From an uncultured Pseudomonadota bacterium (GTDB lineage: Bacteria > Pseudomonadota > Alphaproteobacteria > Rs-D84), in contig CADCGT010000006.1 in NCBI GenBank assembly GCA_902801125.1, positions 578 through 64,577 of the forward strand: a stretch of 64,000 nt of DNA, in the 5' to 3' direction. The position numbers and the translations under genes were made by a program. This document shows, in pieces, positions 30,970-41,284 of the stretch (positions are counted from its first letter, which is position 1; each line of letters starts with the position of its first letter). A model generated the notes under the pieces. The model searched no databases and had not been told where the DNA came from. It saw only the letters and a program-made list of their open reading frames with translations.

Positions 30970-31218
30970 CAAGGCAAGGAAAAGAGAAAAAGAAATGGTC
31001 AAAAAAGTATATCCAATAAAATGGGATTCGGAATCTGGCAAATGGTTGTTGCAATATGCAACCACATCTGGGAACATCCAAAATGTGTTATCATCCGAAC
31101 GCACGGCATTGGAAAATTATTTGGATGAATTGAAAATTTTTCGTCGAACATGTGACCAAAAATCACACTAGTAATTATAAAGCCCCATAAGAACACGGGG
31201 CTTTTTTCATTCGGTATG

Positions 31219-32802
31219 CTATGCATATGTTTTACGCGCGGTGCGATTCATCGGACGTTTTGACATACGCGCCTTTAATTTTTGGGTGCCGGCATTATAG
31301 GCATGGGCCTTGGACTTTGATTTTGTCGTGCGTTCCGTACGCGCCACCGCGGCCGTCGCATCTTTTGATTTGTTCCCATGTGTTATCGCAAGTTTATAAT
31401 TCTTTAATGCACGTTCCGTATTACCTTGGGCCTCGTACGAGACGCCGGCATTATAGTATGCGGCCGCATATTGCGATTTGTCACCAATTCTGCATGTAAT
31501 TTCATGCACGCACGCGATTGCATCATCATATTCACCAAGTTGATTATGCGTTGCCGCCAAATCATTCCAAACCAATGCGTCATCCGGGTGTTCAGATAAT
31601 ATTTTTTCAAATCTCTTTTTTGCAGATTTATATTTGCCACCCTTAAATTCTGCAAGCGCCGTATCGTATTGTTTTTGATACATATCTTGCCGTGCGGCCG
31701 CGAATGTTATTGTTTTGCCATCCGATAATGTCGCCAATGCGTATTCATTACTATTAAATTCCGCCAAAATTTTGGGATTTATTTGTGCCAACAATTCACC
31801 AATAGTTTGTGATTTGAATGGTGTTTTTCCATCACGTGTGACCGGATTTTTAATCCATTCGTTAAACGAATTTAATGTTTTCATATTTATTTTTATATCG
31901 TTATCTGCGCCAAGCCAAAATACTTCGCGTTTTTCCCCCATCATAAGGAAAAATTCGTATATGGCCTGGATAGGCAAATTAAGAAATTCGCGCGGATTTA
32001 TATTTCCCATTAAAATTTGACCCTCAATCCAACGACGCGACCACATGCCACGCCCGCCAACGGTATATAATCCTAATATATCTGCAATTCGTCTGTCCGA
32101 TTCACCACCAATGGCACGCACACCAAACGAACGCGGCGAAACAACCGGATATTTTTCAAAACATTCGCGAACCATTTCCGCCGTCACATTATTTCCGTGT
32201 TTTTTGTATAATTTGCGCAGAGTTTCGTTTCTTTCACGATGATTTTTATCTTTGGGGTCTTCCATAAGTTTTGTTCCCGCATTATAAAACACGGACGCAA
32301 ATGCACATGCATGCGCCGCGTTATCTATGCGCAAATCTGGACAACCGACATCATAGCAATACATCAAAAAATATGTTTCACGGTTTTCTAAAAAGTGTAT
32401 CGATTCATCCCACGCACGCTCAATCGGAATCGGTTTAGTGTTTTTAGTGACTTTTTTACCATCACGTGTTGCAGTAACACCAAAAGCGATTGTCCACACA
32501 CCACGAGAATCTTGGTACGGAACGCAATATTTGCCAGACTTGTCTAATTTTACACCCTCGTTCAAAATAAGTTCTAACATCACATACGGAGTAATCGGTT
32601 TAAGCATATCACGATATTCACCGAATGTTAGATTCTTTTGAATATCTTGTCGTACAGGTGTGATCTGGTCGTATTCCAATGTTTGCGCATCACGTGAATT
32701 TGACTGTTTATTTTTGTTTATTGCGACACCACCCGCAACCAACCCCAATGTTGCGATTCCCAATGCAGATCTTGTAAGTTTTTTCTTGTTCGTCTGATTC
32801 AT
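31219..32802 (-). CDS. secreted GH24 (phage/T4-type) lysozyme-like domain fused to C-terminal TPR repeats
   Basis: LELILNEGVKLDKSGKYCVPYQDSRGVWTIAFGVT aligns with T4 lysozyme [28 protein letters not shown] (catalytic Glu, Asp and Thr positions). Signal/TM N-terminus. TPR-like YYNAGVSYEAQGNTERALKNYKLAI. Confidence 0.6.
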   Translation of the reverse strand: MNQTNKKKLTRSALGIATLGLVAGGVAINKNKQSNSRDAQTLEYDQITPVRQDIQKNLTFGEYRDMLKPITPYVMLELILNEGVKLDKSGKYCVPYQDSRGVWTIAFGVTATRDGKKVTKNTKPIPIERAWDESIHFLENRETYFLMYCYDVGCPDLRIDNAAHACAFASVFYNAGTKLMEDPKDKNHRERNETLRKLYKKHGNNVTAEMVRECFEKYPVVSPRSFGVRAIGGESDRRIADILGLYTVGGRGMWSRRWIEGQILMGNINPREFLNLPIQAIYEFFLMMGEKREVFWLGADNDIKINMKTLNSFNEWIKNPVTRDGKTPFKSQTIGELLAQINPKILAEFNSNEYALATLSDGKTITFAAARQDMYQKQYDTALAEFKGGKYKSAKKRFEKILSEHPDDALVWNDLAATHNQLGEYDDAIACVHEITCRIGDKSQYAAAYYNAGVSYEAQGNTERALKNYKLAITHGNKSKDATAAVARTERTTKSKSKAHAYNAGTQKLKARMSKRPMNRTARKTYA

Positions 32803-32865
32803 AATATTCCCCGGTTTTCACAAAGAATATTATATCACAAATCTAAATTTCGGGCAATGAATATA

Positions 32866-33975
32866 TTATATGGAATATTTTTCAAATACCCGATTCAATT
32901 GGTTATGAACGCGAATTATCGTTGCGCATTTTGCCATATGTTTAACCTTGGTCGCACCAATATACGTACAACACGATGCGATACCGCCGGCAATGTCTTG
33001 TAAAATTTTATCCAACGCACCGGTATAAGGTATCAACAATTCGCGCCCTTCGGATGTTTTATAGTCCGCCATGCCACCCGCAAATTTATTGTTCGCGTAT
33101 TCAGACGACATTCCATAATACGCCTTGAAGCGTTTGGTTTGGATGACGCGCGCGCCATTTGAAATTTCATTTGTTTCAAAATATTTTTCAATTATGTCGC
33201 CTGCGGCTTCGTCTGTGCCGGCAAAAATTCCGCCCGCCATAACAAAATCTGCGTTCAGGCAAAACGCCTTGCATATATCACCGACATCAACAATTCCACC
33301 ATCCGCACAAATATGCCCATTTACCGAATGTGCAATATCGGCACATTCCAAAACAAGTGACACCATCGGCGTTCCACACCCCGTCTGTTTGCGCGTCAAA
33401 CAGGCGGAACCACTGCCTATGCCACATTTAATAATATCTGCATAGTCCAATAATTTAAGGCACACATCGCCACTTGCGATATTTCCGGCCATAATCACAC
33501 TGTCGGGAAATTCTTGGCGCACACGCGTCAACACATCCAATGCGTTTGGAATATAAAAGTTTGGCGCATCAATACAGATATTGCGCGAATTTGTCCATTT
33601 ATATTTTGATTCTAATTCGTGTAATTTTTGAATTTCCAAATCCGCATTTTTTAACCCGATTGTGATGAACAAATTTTCCAACGGAATATTTTCACCACGA
33701 CAAGATTCCAAGAAAGCACCAATTTCATCAACCCTGTAATGTTTATGAAGTGTTGCAAACATACCGCGCGCCAATAATTTCTTGGCCACGGCAAAGTTCC
33801 CAACCGTTGCCATATTGGCATTAAACACACCAAGCCCGGTGCGCGATTGCCCATGTTTGAATTTAAAAGTTCGCACCAGGTTCACATCGCGACGCGAATT
33901 CAGGTTTATACCCATTTTTGGTCGAATTAAAATATCGCTGTAATCTAAATTAACTTCTGATAATATCTGTGTCAT
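32866..33975 (-). CDS. guaC: GMP reductase / IMP dehydrogenase-family oxidoreductase
   Basis: N-terminal ...LDYSDILIRPK... and the active-site Cys loop GIGSGSAC with a TIM-barrel pattern. Start at MTQIL. Confidence 0.6.
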   Translation of the reverse strand: MTQILSEVNLDYSDILIRPKMGINLNSRRDVNLVRTFKFKHGQSRTGLGVFNANMATVGNFAVAKKLLARGMFATLHKHYRVDEIGAFLESCRGENIPLENLFITIGLKNADLEIQKLHELESKYKWTNSRNICIDAPNFYIPNALDVLTRVRQEFPDSVIMAGNIASGDVCLKLLDYADIIKCGIGSGSACLTRKQTGCGTPMVSLVLECADIAHSVNGHICADGGIVDVGDICKAFCLNADFVMAGGIFAGTDEAAGDIIEKYFETNEISNGARVIQTKRFKAYYGMSSEYANNKFAGGMADYKTSEGRELLIPYTGALDKILQDIAGGIASCCTYIGATKVKHMAKCATIIRVHNQLNRVFEKYSI

Positions 33976-34028
33976 AAAAACCCCTTTCTCGGCATTATAT
34001 TCAGATAATTTGCCGAATTTCAAGGATT

Positions 34029-37000
34029 TTATTGTTCCGTTTTATTCCCAGTTATTGGGTCACGTTCCCCATTTATCAAACCGTCGTCATATGCCGTGTA
34101 TTGTTGACCATTGTACATAAGGTGCAATTTTGACAAAGTGTGGTCAGTGGGACTAAGCCCGACATAATGCACATCATTTTCAGCCAACTTTAAATTGATT
34201 GCCGGGGTCGTTGGCTTGACGGTTTTAGTATACACTACATAATCTCCAAAATGCAATTTGCGACCACAATCAGATTCTTCATCCGCACCATGCCCATATC
34301 CAACAGTTGTTAATCCGGGGGGGCATTCTGTGCGCGTATTATCCCCGGCAGCAGAATAAAAATCCACACCGACCATGGTGCATGACGTATTATTCGCGCT
34401 GTAATACCCCGCATCGCATGACCACGGACAATTGTTTGCCGCTGCAGAACCACTATATGAACTGTTTGCCGGTTTAGTGTTGGTACATGCCGTGCAAGCC
34501 GTTGCACCGGTATCCGCGGTATAGGTCCCAATCTCGCACATAGTGCACGCCATATTACCCGATGATGCTTTATATGTCCCTGCGGCACATGGTTCGCATG
34601 AAACCTTGCCATTCCAAGTTGTCCCATTTGTTGAACCTTCGTAGTTTGTAATATACTGCGTTGTTCCAGCTGGGCACATTGTCACCAAATTTGTTCCAAC
34701 AAACGTATTGCCCCACATATTTGTGTTTTTCGTGCTATCGTTCGCAATCAATCCCGCAAATGTGGTCGGCGGTATATAACCTGCCATATTCGTACAACCA
34801 TTAAATGTGCCATAGAACAAATTCTCTGCAGTTGTGGTTATACCACTAAACAATTCGGCCGGCATCGCGGTTAACCCTGTACATCCGTTAAATGTATCCT
34901 TGAACCAGCCAGTTTTATCGGTTCCACTGGCCGCGCCACTAATAACATCCGCGAACAAATCCGACGGTATTGTGGTCAATGATGTGCATCCCTCAAATGT
35001 GTATTCAAACATATTGGGCACCATTCCAGATGTCGTGATATCATCAAATAAATCGGATGGTATTGATGCCAATGACGAACAATTTTTAAATGTGTTGGCG
35101 AACATATTGGGTATGCCATTAATATTCATTCCGCTAAACAGTTCCGCTGGGACAGAGGCTAGCGACGTACAGTCACTAAATGTATCCCTAAACACACCGC
35201 CAGTACTGGTACCAGAAAGCCTGCTCCAACTTGATGAACTGGCGATAATATCATCAAACAATCCACTGGGAATTGTGGTCAAAGATGCGCAACCGGTGAA
35301 TGTTCCCTCAAACATATTGTCAACCGCGCCACTGGCGCTCATATCATCAAACAACCCACCGGGAATCACGGTCAGCGAAGCACAGTTAGCAAATGTATAT
35401 TCAAACATACCAATACCCAAAGAATCGACATCATCAAATAAATCAGATGGAATCGTGGTCAGTCCCGAACCGTCAAATGTATGATAAAACATGTGCCCCT
35501 GGGTCCTGGTTATGCCATCAAACAATGTACTGGGTATCGTGGTCAGGTTTGTCGCCCCCTTGAATGTTTCACGGAAAAACGGCAAAGCACTATTATTTGG
35601 GGTTGGGAACAACGCGGCCAAAGACCCTGAAACAGATGCGATTTTATCCTGGGTTCCGCCGGTTTGCCCGTAAAAACTTATTGCGGTATGCGACCAATTT
35701 CCATCATATCCCGTGGCAACACCACCAAATTTAATTGTATATGAACCGGTTGTTGCATATGTGTGGGAATACGTGTTTCCGGTTGAACTGGCACGCGTAA
35801 TTGTATCAACGGTGCCATCACCCCAATCTACATAGAACGTTCCAGTTGGTTCCCACATAAAAAATTTAAATTCACTTGTGTTGTTTGTGGTTGTGATGGC
35901 AAATTTTGCGGTCTCGCAAATACCGTCGGCCAAAAATTCATTTGCGGTGCATGCACGACATGCGCCATTATCACTGCCATAGCCCGTGTCACATTGCCAT
36001 GGACAATTATCAATTATCGCAGAACCTGTATAATGGCTGTTTGCCGGCTTATTGGTGCACGCCGTTTGCGTGTTGTCGCCGTTACCGGAATAATATCCGG
36101 TTTCAACCGCGGTGCACGATGTATTGTCCGCACTGTAATACCCCTCATCGCACAGCCATACGCACGCGTCATCAATAACGGACCATTTACTGTTTGCCGG
36201 TGGATCATCGGGGCATGCAACATAACATGATACACGACTACTCCATTCGGTTTCATAGCCAGTGTTATAATCATCCAATCCCGTCGGACAGGATGTGGCA
36301 ACCTTTGTGCCATAAAACGTTTCGGTCCACATATCAGTATCTGTCGGTGAATTGTTCGCAATCAGCCCCGCAAAAGTTGTTGGCGGAATATAACCAGACA
36401 AATTCGTTGCATTCTTGAATGTCGCCCGAAACAGACCAGATGCCGCGTTGGCAATGTTGCTGAACAAATCATCTGGAATTGCTGTTAATGATTTACAATT
36501 ACTAAATGTCTCGCGGAACATTTCGGTTGCACCGGTTGTCACGCCCGAAAACAATCCCGTCGGAATCTTATTTAGCGCATTACACCCATAAAATGTCTGA
36601 TAAAACATGTTCGATGCGTTTACGTTGCCGGTTATCCCAGTGAACAAGCCCGCCGGTATACTGGTCAGGTTGGTTGCCCCTTTGAATGTCTGATAAAAAC
36701 GCGGGTATTGCCCATTTGATGCACTCTTTTGCGGGAATATTGCAGATAACGAACCGGTCATTGATGCAATTTTACTGGCCGTAGGTGCAAAACTTATTGC
36801 GGGTGTAGTGGCAGTGGTATTATACGATGTTGTTGTCCCGGCAAACTTTACCGTGTGCACACCTGCGGTCGGCCAAGCACATGAATAGGTCTGTTTCGTA
36901 GTATTGGTGCGTGTGATGACCGTTCCAGCCGCATTATTGTCACCACTATACGTGGTCTGGGTCAACACACCATCGGTGCCACAATCAACATAGAACGTGC

Positions 37001-38075
37001 CAATCGCAGATATGTCAAACCGCAGTTCCGTCGTATCGGATGTTGTAGTTACGGTAAATTTATCCTGAAATTCGCATACACCATTTTCCATAACATAATT
37101 ATCATCGCACTCATACGGGCACGAATTAGATGTGGCGGACGCGGTATAGTGTGTGTGTATCGGAGCATTTGTACACATAATGCGGGTACTGGTAGAACCG
37201 TAGTTAGTAAGCGAAGCATTGGAATAGTATCCCACGCCGACATCCGAACACCCACCCGCCACGGGACCTGCTTCAAATGCGCCATTACCGGTCTTGAACG
37301 CATTTTGCTTCATATCATACACCCCTATCACATTATCGCTGTTGCGGCGGGCGGCGACAAAATTATGGACCAACACACCATCCTCGTACACTTGCAAGTC
37401 ATAAATACGCCCCTTGAACGAACGTGCCGCTTGTTTGTTACCAGCATCAAAAAGGTGAATTGTGGTGGCTGACTCTGCTATTTTACCTCCCTTAAAAGTG
37501 TCGGATTTGCTTCGCCCATCGTCGTATATTAATTCACGTGTGCCATTTGTTAACACATACTCAATTTGATGGACAGTTCCCGCCGTCATCGGATATACCG
37601 GACCTTCTAATCGGCTGCCTGATGACTGGGTCCACAATTTGAAATATGCGTTCCAACCAACTGAATACCCACCAGTTGCCTGGTTTCCGATAAAATTGAT
37701 GTTTGAACTGTTGGGTAAATCACTTGACACGCCGACACGCAATACACCACGAATTGTGGTCGCACTCGCGTTATGCGAGAACTCGGTATCAATCAGTTTG
37801 CCGTATGGGTTTTCAATGTACTCCAATCGGGTATATTCGGTTGAACCAAGGGCTGCGGGAGTCGCAATGAATGTTCCGGCGGCACAACTTCTTTTACAAT
37901 CAACCGCACTGGTTTTGATGTCGTTTGGATTGGCCGTGTATCCAGAGGGGCATTCAATACAGCTATCGCTGGAGGCATCATAATAGGTCGCGCCGGTACA
38001 CGTCGTATCAGCGTAAGCTATACCGATAAACAGAGTTATTATTGGTATCAAAAGAGCCCTAAAAATACCTTTCAT
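34029..38075 (-). CDS. giant secreted surface protein (1348 aa): GCC2/GCC3-like Cys-rich modules plus DUF285/BspA-like repeat arrays
   Basis: Signal peptide MKGIFRALLIPIITLFIGIAYA. C..C..GTY and CDxGYYS..NTSC modules. More than 10 copies of an about 25-aa repeat MF..TF..C.SLT.IP..LF. Confidence 0.75.
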   Translation of the reverse strand: MKGIFRALLIPIITLFIGIAYADTTCTGATYYDASSDSCIECPSGYTANPNDIKTSAVDCKRSCAAGTFIATPAALGSTEYTRLEYIENPYGKLIDTEFSHNASATTIRGVLRVGVSSDLPNSSNINFIGNQATGGYSVGWNAYFKLWTQSSGSRLEGPVYPMTAGTVHQIEYVLTNGTRELIYDDGRSKSDTFKGGKIAESATTIHLFDAGNKQAARSFKGRIYDLQVYEDGVLVHNFVAARRNSDNVIGVYDMKQNAFKTGNGAFEAGPVAGGCSDVGVGYYSNASLTNYGSTSTRIMCTNAPIHTHYTASATSNSCPYECDDNYVMENGVCEFQDKFTVTTTSDTTELRFDISAIGTFYVDCGTDGVLTQTTYSGDNNAAGTVITRTNTTKQTYSCAWPTAGVHTVKFAGTTTSYNTTATTPAISFAPTASKIASMTGSLSAIFPQKSASNGQYPRFYQTFKGATNLTSIPAGLFTGITGNVNASNMFYQTFYGCNALNKIPTGLFSGVTTGATEMFRETFSNCKSLTAIPDDLFSNIANAASGLFRATFKNATNLSGYIPPTTFAGLIANNSPTDTDMWTETFYGTKVATSCPTGLDDYNTGYETEWSSRVSCYVACPDDPPANSKWSVIDDACVWLCDEGYYSADNTSCTAVETGYYSGNGDNTQTACTNKPANSHYTGSAIIDNCPWQCDTGYGSDNGACRACTANEFLADGICETAKFAITTTNNTSEFKFFMWEPTGTFYVDWGDGTVDTITRASSTGNTYSHTYATTGSYTIKFGGVATGYDGNWSHTAISFYGQTGGTQDKIASVSGSLAALFPTPNNSALPFFRETFKGATNLTTIPSTLFDGITRTQGHMFYHTFDGSGLTTIPSDLFDDVDSLGIGMFEYTFANCASLTVIPGGLFDDMSASGAVDNMFEGTFTGCASLTTIPSGLFDDIIASSSSWSRLSGTSTGGVFRDTFSDCTSLASVPAELFSGMNINGIPNMFANTFKNCSSLASIPSDLFDDITTSGMVPNMFEYTFEGCTSLTTIPSDLFADVISGAASGTDKTGWFKDTFNGCTGLTAMPAELFSGITTTAENLFYGTFNGCTNMAGYIPPTTFAGLIANDSTKNTNMWGNTFVGTNLVTMCPAGTTQYITNYEGSTNGTTWNGKVSCEPCAAGTYKASSGNMACTMCEIGTYTADTGATACTACTNTKPANSSYSGSAAANNCPWSCDAGYYSANNTSCTMVGVDFYSAAGDNTRTECPPGLTTVGYGHGADEESDCGRKLHFGDYVVYTKTVKPTTPAINLKLAENDVHYVGLSPTDHTLSKLHLMYNGQQYTAYDDGLINGERDPITGNKTEQ

Positions 38076-38242
38076 ATTTTCTTATAATTTCTTGTCACCC
38101 GCAGAATTTCAGCAAAAATTTCCCTTTCCCCGAAAAAAACGGATGATAATTTTACCTCCCTTGTTATGTAGAAGCTTACTAAAATCGCAAAGATTGACGC
38201 AAGCATTTTTTTTGAAATTCGCATAAAAAAAATTATAAAAAA

Positions 38243-38327
38243 CTACTTCGGTGGCACATGCCACCTCGCCTCGCAACTCGCCCCTTTGCCGACAAAATCA
38301 AAAACCGCCCTTTCGGGTGTTTTTTTA
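38243..38327. repeat. left direct repeat of the tRNA-Gly-associated islet (copy of the about 110-bp unit without the tRNA-end segment)
   Basis: TACTTCGGTGGCACATGCCACCTCGCCTCGCAACTCGCCCCTTTGCCGACAAAATCAAAAACCGCCCTTTCGGG is about 97 percent identical to the units at 40941..41155. Confidence 0.75.
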
Positions 38328-40814
38328 TTGTGGTTTTCGCCCATCCCGGCCAATACTTTTGACCAATTTTTTTTGCTCTAATTTACGTGTTATTTTACTG
38401 AATAAATTTTCTTGTAATTTCTTTTTGGCGACAATAAAAGGATTTTGTTTTATTATTTTAATTCTGTGCCTTGGCAAATCAGCTATGGCGACATCTATAC
38501 CATGTATTTTGCATTTTTGTCCTTTGATTTGTTTATAAATTGGCCAACTTAATTTTATACTTTTTACATTGGTAAAATCGGCATTATGCAGTTTCAATTC
38601 GGCAACATCGCTGAAATCTAAATCACCCGATAGTTTGGCCCAGGACAAATTTACATATCCATCCTTTAAATTGAAAATTGGGTTCAAATTTGCATTTCTT
38701 AAATCGGCCCCCGTTAAAGACACAAAACATGGATAATCCGCATCATCAATATCACCCATAAACATCGCATTGGGATTAAACTTTATACCGGTAACACTGG
38801 TCAAATCGGCATAACTTAGGCGAACCACCCCTATATCACTAAAATCCCAATCACCCGCCAACACGGCCCCTTTCAGGTTCACAAACTCTTTGTCCGGGAA
38901 TATTATTTCTGTGACCTGGGTTAAATCAGCGTGCATCAAATTAAATTTTTTGACATTGCTGAAATCCCACTTACCCCCCAATTTGGCATATTCTAAATCT
39001 ATATTTTCTGAATCCGGAAATTTGATACTAGTGACCCGGGTTAAATCGGCACCTGATAATCTTACCTGTTCGCAATTGCTAAAATCCCAATTGCCCGCCA
39101 ACACGACACCATATAAATCCACAAATCCAGTATTTGGAAACTTTATGCTGTTAACCCTCGTTAAATCCGCATTTTGTAAATCTATATTATCCATATCCAT
39201 ATTGCTGAAATCCAAATCTCCGGATAATTTCGCATAAGACAAATCTATCATATTAGATCGTCGGTTAAATTTTATATCTGTGACATCGGTTAAATCGGCA
39301 CCACACAGAGTCAATAATTTTACATTGCTGAAATCTAAACCGCCCGATAATCTTGTTCTCGTAAGGTTTACTATATAACCATATGGATTAAATTTTATAC
39401 TGGATACACCGGTTAGATCTACCCCCCTTATATTTAAACTATCTACATCACTAAAATCCGGATTGCCCAACAGTTTAATTTTCGTTTCATCAAGTGTTAT
39501 TGCATCGGCATTCGGATTAAATTTTATATCTGTGACATCGGTTAAGTCGGCCTCACTCAAATCCAATGTTTTAACATTGCTGAAATCTAAACTGCCCGAT
39601 AACTTTATGGTTTTGTTTAATATGATTGACGCAGCGTTTGGATTAAACTTTATACCTGTGACATTGCACAAATCCAATTTTTTCAAAATAAGGTGTTTGA
39701 CACCGCTGAAATCCAATTCACCCGATAATTTTACACCCCGCATAGAATCAAATTGCACCTTGCGCCATGTCGACATATTTACAAATGTTATCGCCCCATC
39801 GGTAACATCCATAAATCGTTCACCATCCAATAATATGGTTTTTGTTGTCCCTTTGGCGCCGATTACCTTTATCTTTTTACCATGGATATATTTATTCAAA
39901 GCATAACACATTTCGGAGTCAGCACCCGCAACAGATATTATTTGACTGTTATCATGCGCCATATTTAAAATAAAACCATCGTAAAACAATAACTGGCTGC
40001 CATCGTCTTTAAGTTTTGTAATCGTACTGCCACTGAAATAATAATCGGGCCCAAAATAGATATTGTTTGTTTCATAATTGAATCGCACCAATTGGTCATT
40101 TACCATACGGAAATTGTCCGGCAATTGACTGTTGGTCGTATTAAATTCAACATGAAAATATTTTTTAAGCGCATCGCTTAATCCCGGAATAATATTGTCC
40201 GGGTTGTTACCAAATGTTGCATCTGGATTGGCAATCGTGTGATTATAGCGATTCTTTATTGATATAAATCCACCACTTCTGGCAATTTGAATCGATATAA
40301 CCGATGTTCCATATTCATCCTGGCGTTCAGGTTTGTCTGATGGTTGAATATGCCATTTTTTTGGTGACAATTTATCATCGCCCAACACTTCTTTTTTGAT
40401 GGCGTGTATCATATAATAGTTTATGTGCCGCTCTGGGTCACCAAAAGTGCACAATCTCTCATTTGGACGATAATACTTTTCAATAGAATTTTTTTGTTGT
40501 TCGGTTTTAACAACGAACGCCTCATAGCCGGCATCGCTTAATAATTGTAGCGGATTTTTGGTTGTTCGGGACACAGATCTTTCTTTGGACAAATAAATTT
40601 CTTGGATGACCTTGCGTAATTGTCTTGCTTCATCTGGATTTCGACCCGCAAATTCTAATATGTGCAAAATATTTGGAATGGCACATAAATCCCCATTGTG
40701 ATCTTCGTCCCCACGCATAATTTTGGCAAAAGTTTCCCCATGTTGCTTTTTTAATTTTTTGAAAATTTCTTCTGTATTTATATCGACCATTTGTGTTTTC
40801 CCTGTTGCGAACAT
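38325..40814 (-). CDS. pentapeptide-repeat protein (829 aa), AT-rich, no signal peptide; effector-like
   Basis: N-terminal 350-aa unique domain, then about a dozen about 40-aa units (...LSGxLDFSNVKxLxLxxADLTxVTxIKFNPNA...) built from A(D/N)LxX pentapeptides. Basic C-terminal tail. Confidence 0.7.
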   Translation of the reverse strand: MFATGKTQMVDINTEEIFKKLKKQHGETFAKIMRGDEDHNGDLCAIPNILHILEFAGRNPDEARQLRKVIQEIYLSKERSVSRTTKNPLQLLSDAGYEAFVVKTEQQKNSIEKYYRPNERLCTFGDPERHINYYMIHAIKKEVLGDDKLSPKKWHIQPSDKPERQDEYGTSVISIQIARSGGFISIKNRYNHTIANPDATFGNNPDNIIPGLSDALKKYFHVEFNTTNSQLPDNFRMVNDQLVRFNYETNNIYFGPDYYFSGSTITKLKDDGSQLLFYDGFILNMAHDNSQIISVAGADSEMCYALNKYIHGKKIKVIGAKGTTKTILLDGERFMDVTDGAITFVNMSTWRKVQFDSMRGVKLSGELDFSGVKHLILKKLDLCNVTGIKFNPNAASIILNKTIKLSGSLDFSNVKTLDLSEADLTDVTDIKFNPNADAITLDETKIKLLGNPDFSDVDSLNIRGVDLTGVSSIKFNPYGYIVNLTRTRLSGGLDFSNVKLLTLCGADLTDVTDIKFNRRSNMIDLSYAKLSGDLDFSNMDMDNIDLQNADLTRVNSIKFPNTGFVDLYGVVLAGNWDFSNCEQVRLSGADLTRVTSIKFPDSENIDLEYAKLGGKWDFSNVKKFNLMHADLTQVTEIIFPDKEFVNLKGAVLAGDWDFSDIGVVRLSYADLTSVTGIKFNPNAMFMGDIDDADYPCFVSLTGADLRNANLNPIFNLKDGYVNLSWAKLSGDLDFSDVAELKLHNADFTNVKSIKLSWPIYKQIKGQKCKIHGIDVAIADLPRHRIKIIKQNPFIVAKKKLQENLFSKITRKLEQKKLVKSIGRDGRKPQ

Positions 40815-40849
40815 TATATCACAAAAAACATAAAAAGTATTAATAAAAT

Positions 40850-41155
40850 TCGCCTCGCAACCCTGCGGATTCTCGCCCCTTTGCCGACAAAATTAAAAAC
40901 CGCCCTAACGGACGGTTTTAAAATTTTGGTGCGAGCAAAGTACTTCGGTGGCATATGCCACCTCGCCTCGCAACCCTGCGGGTTCTCGCCCCTTTGCCGA
41001 CAAAATCAAAAACCGCCCTTTCGGACGGTTTTAAAATTTTGGTGCGAGCAAAGTACTTCGGTGGCATATGCCACCTCGCCTCGCAACTCGCCCCTTTGCC
41101 GACAAAATCAAAAACCGCCCTTTCGGACGGTTTTAAAATTTTGGTGCGAGCAAAG
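40850..41155. repeat. tandem array (about 2.8 copies) of an about 110-bp unit adjoining the tRNA-Gly 3' end; each unit carries GGTGGCATATGCCACC (16-bp palindrome) and a copy of the tRNA 3' terminus
   Basis: Units at 40850-40940, 40941-41050 and 41051-41155 are near-identical; one has a 10-bp indel CCTGCGGGTT. Each ends TTTTGGTGCGAGCAAAG, the reverse complement of tRNA-Gly 3' CTTTGCTCGCACCA. Confidence 0.85.
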
Positions 41156-41218
41156 GGGCTCGAACCCTCGACCTCAACCTTGGCAAGGTTGCGCTCTAGC
41201 CAACTGAGCTACGCTCGC
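41142..41218 (-). tRNA. tRNA-Gly (anticodon GCC), CCA encoded
   Basis: Reverse complement is GCGAGCGTAGCTCAGTTGGCTAGAGCGCAACCTTGCCAAGGTTGAGGTCGAGGGTTCGAGCCCCTTTGCTCGCACCA. Confidence 0.85.
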
Positions 41219-41284
41219 GATTGCCCGCATATTCTTACACATCAAAATCCATTTTGCAAGCAAAAAATATTTTTCCGACAAACA

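Noticed and set aside
40850-41155. CRISPR array?
   Set aside because: The units are about 110 bp and contiguous with no unique spacers, and no cas genes are nearby. This is a tandem duplication of an att-like unit.
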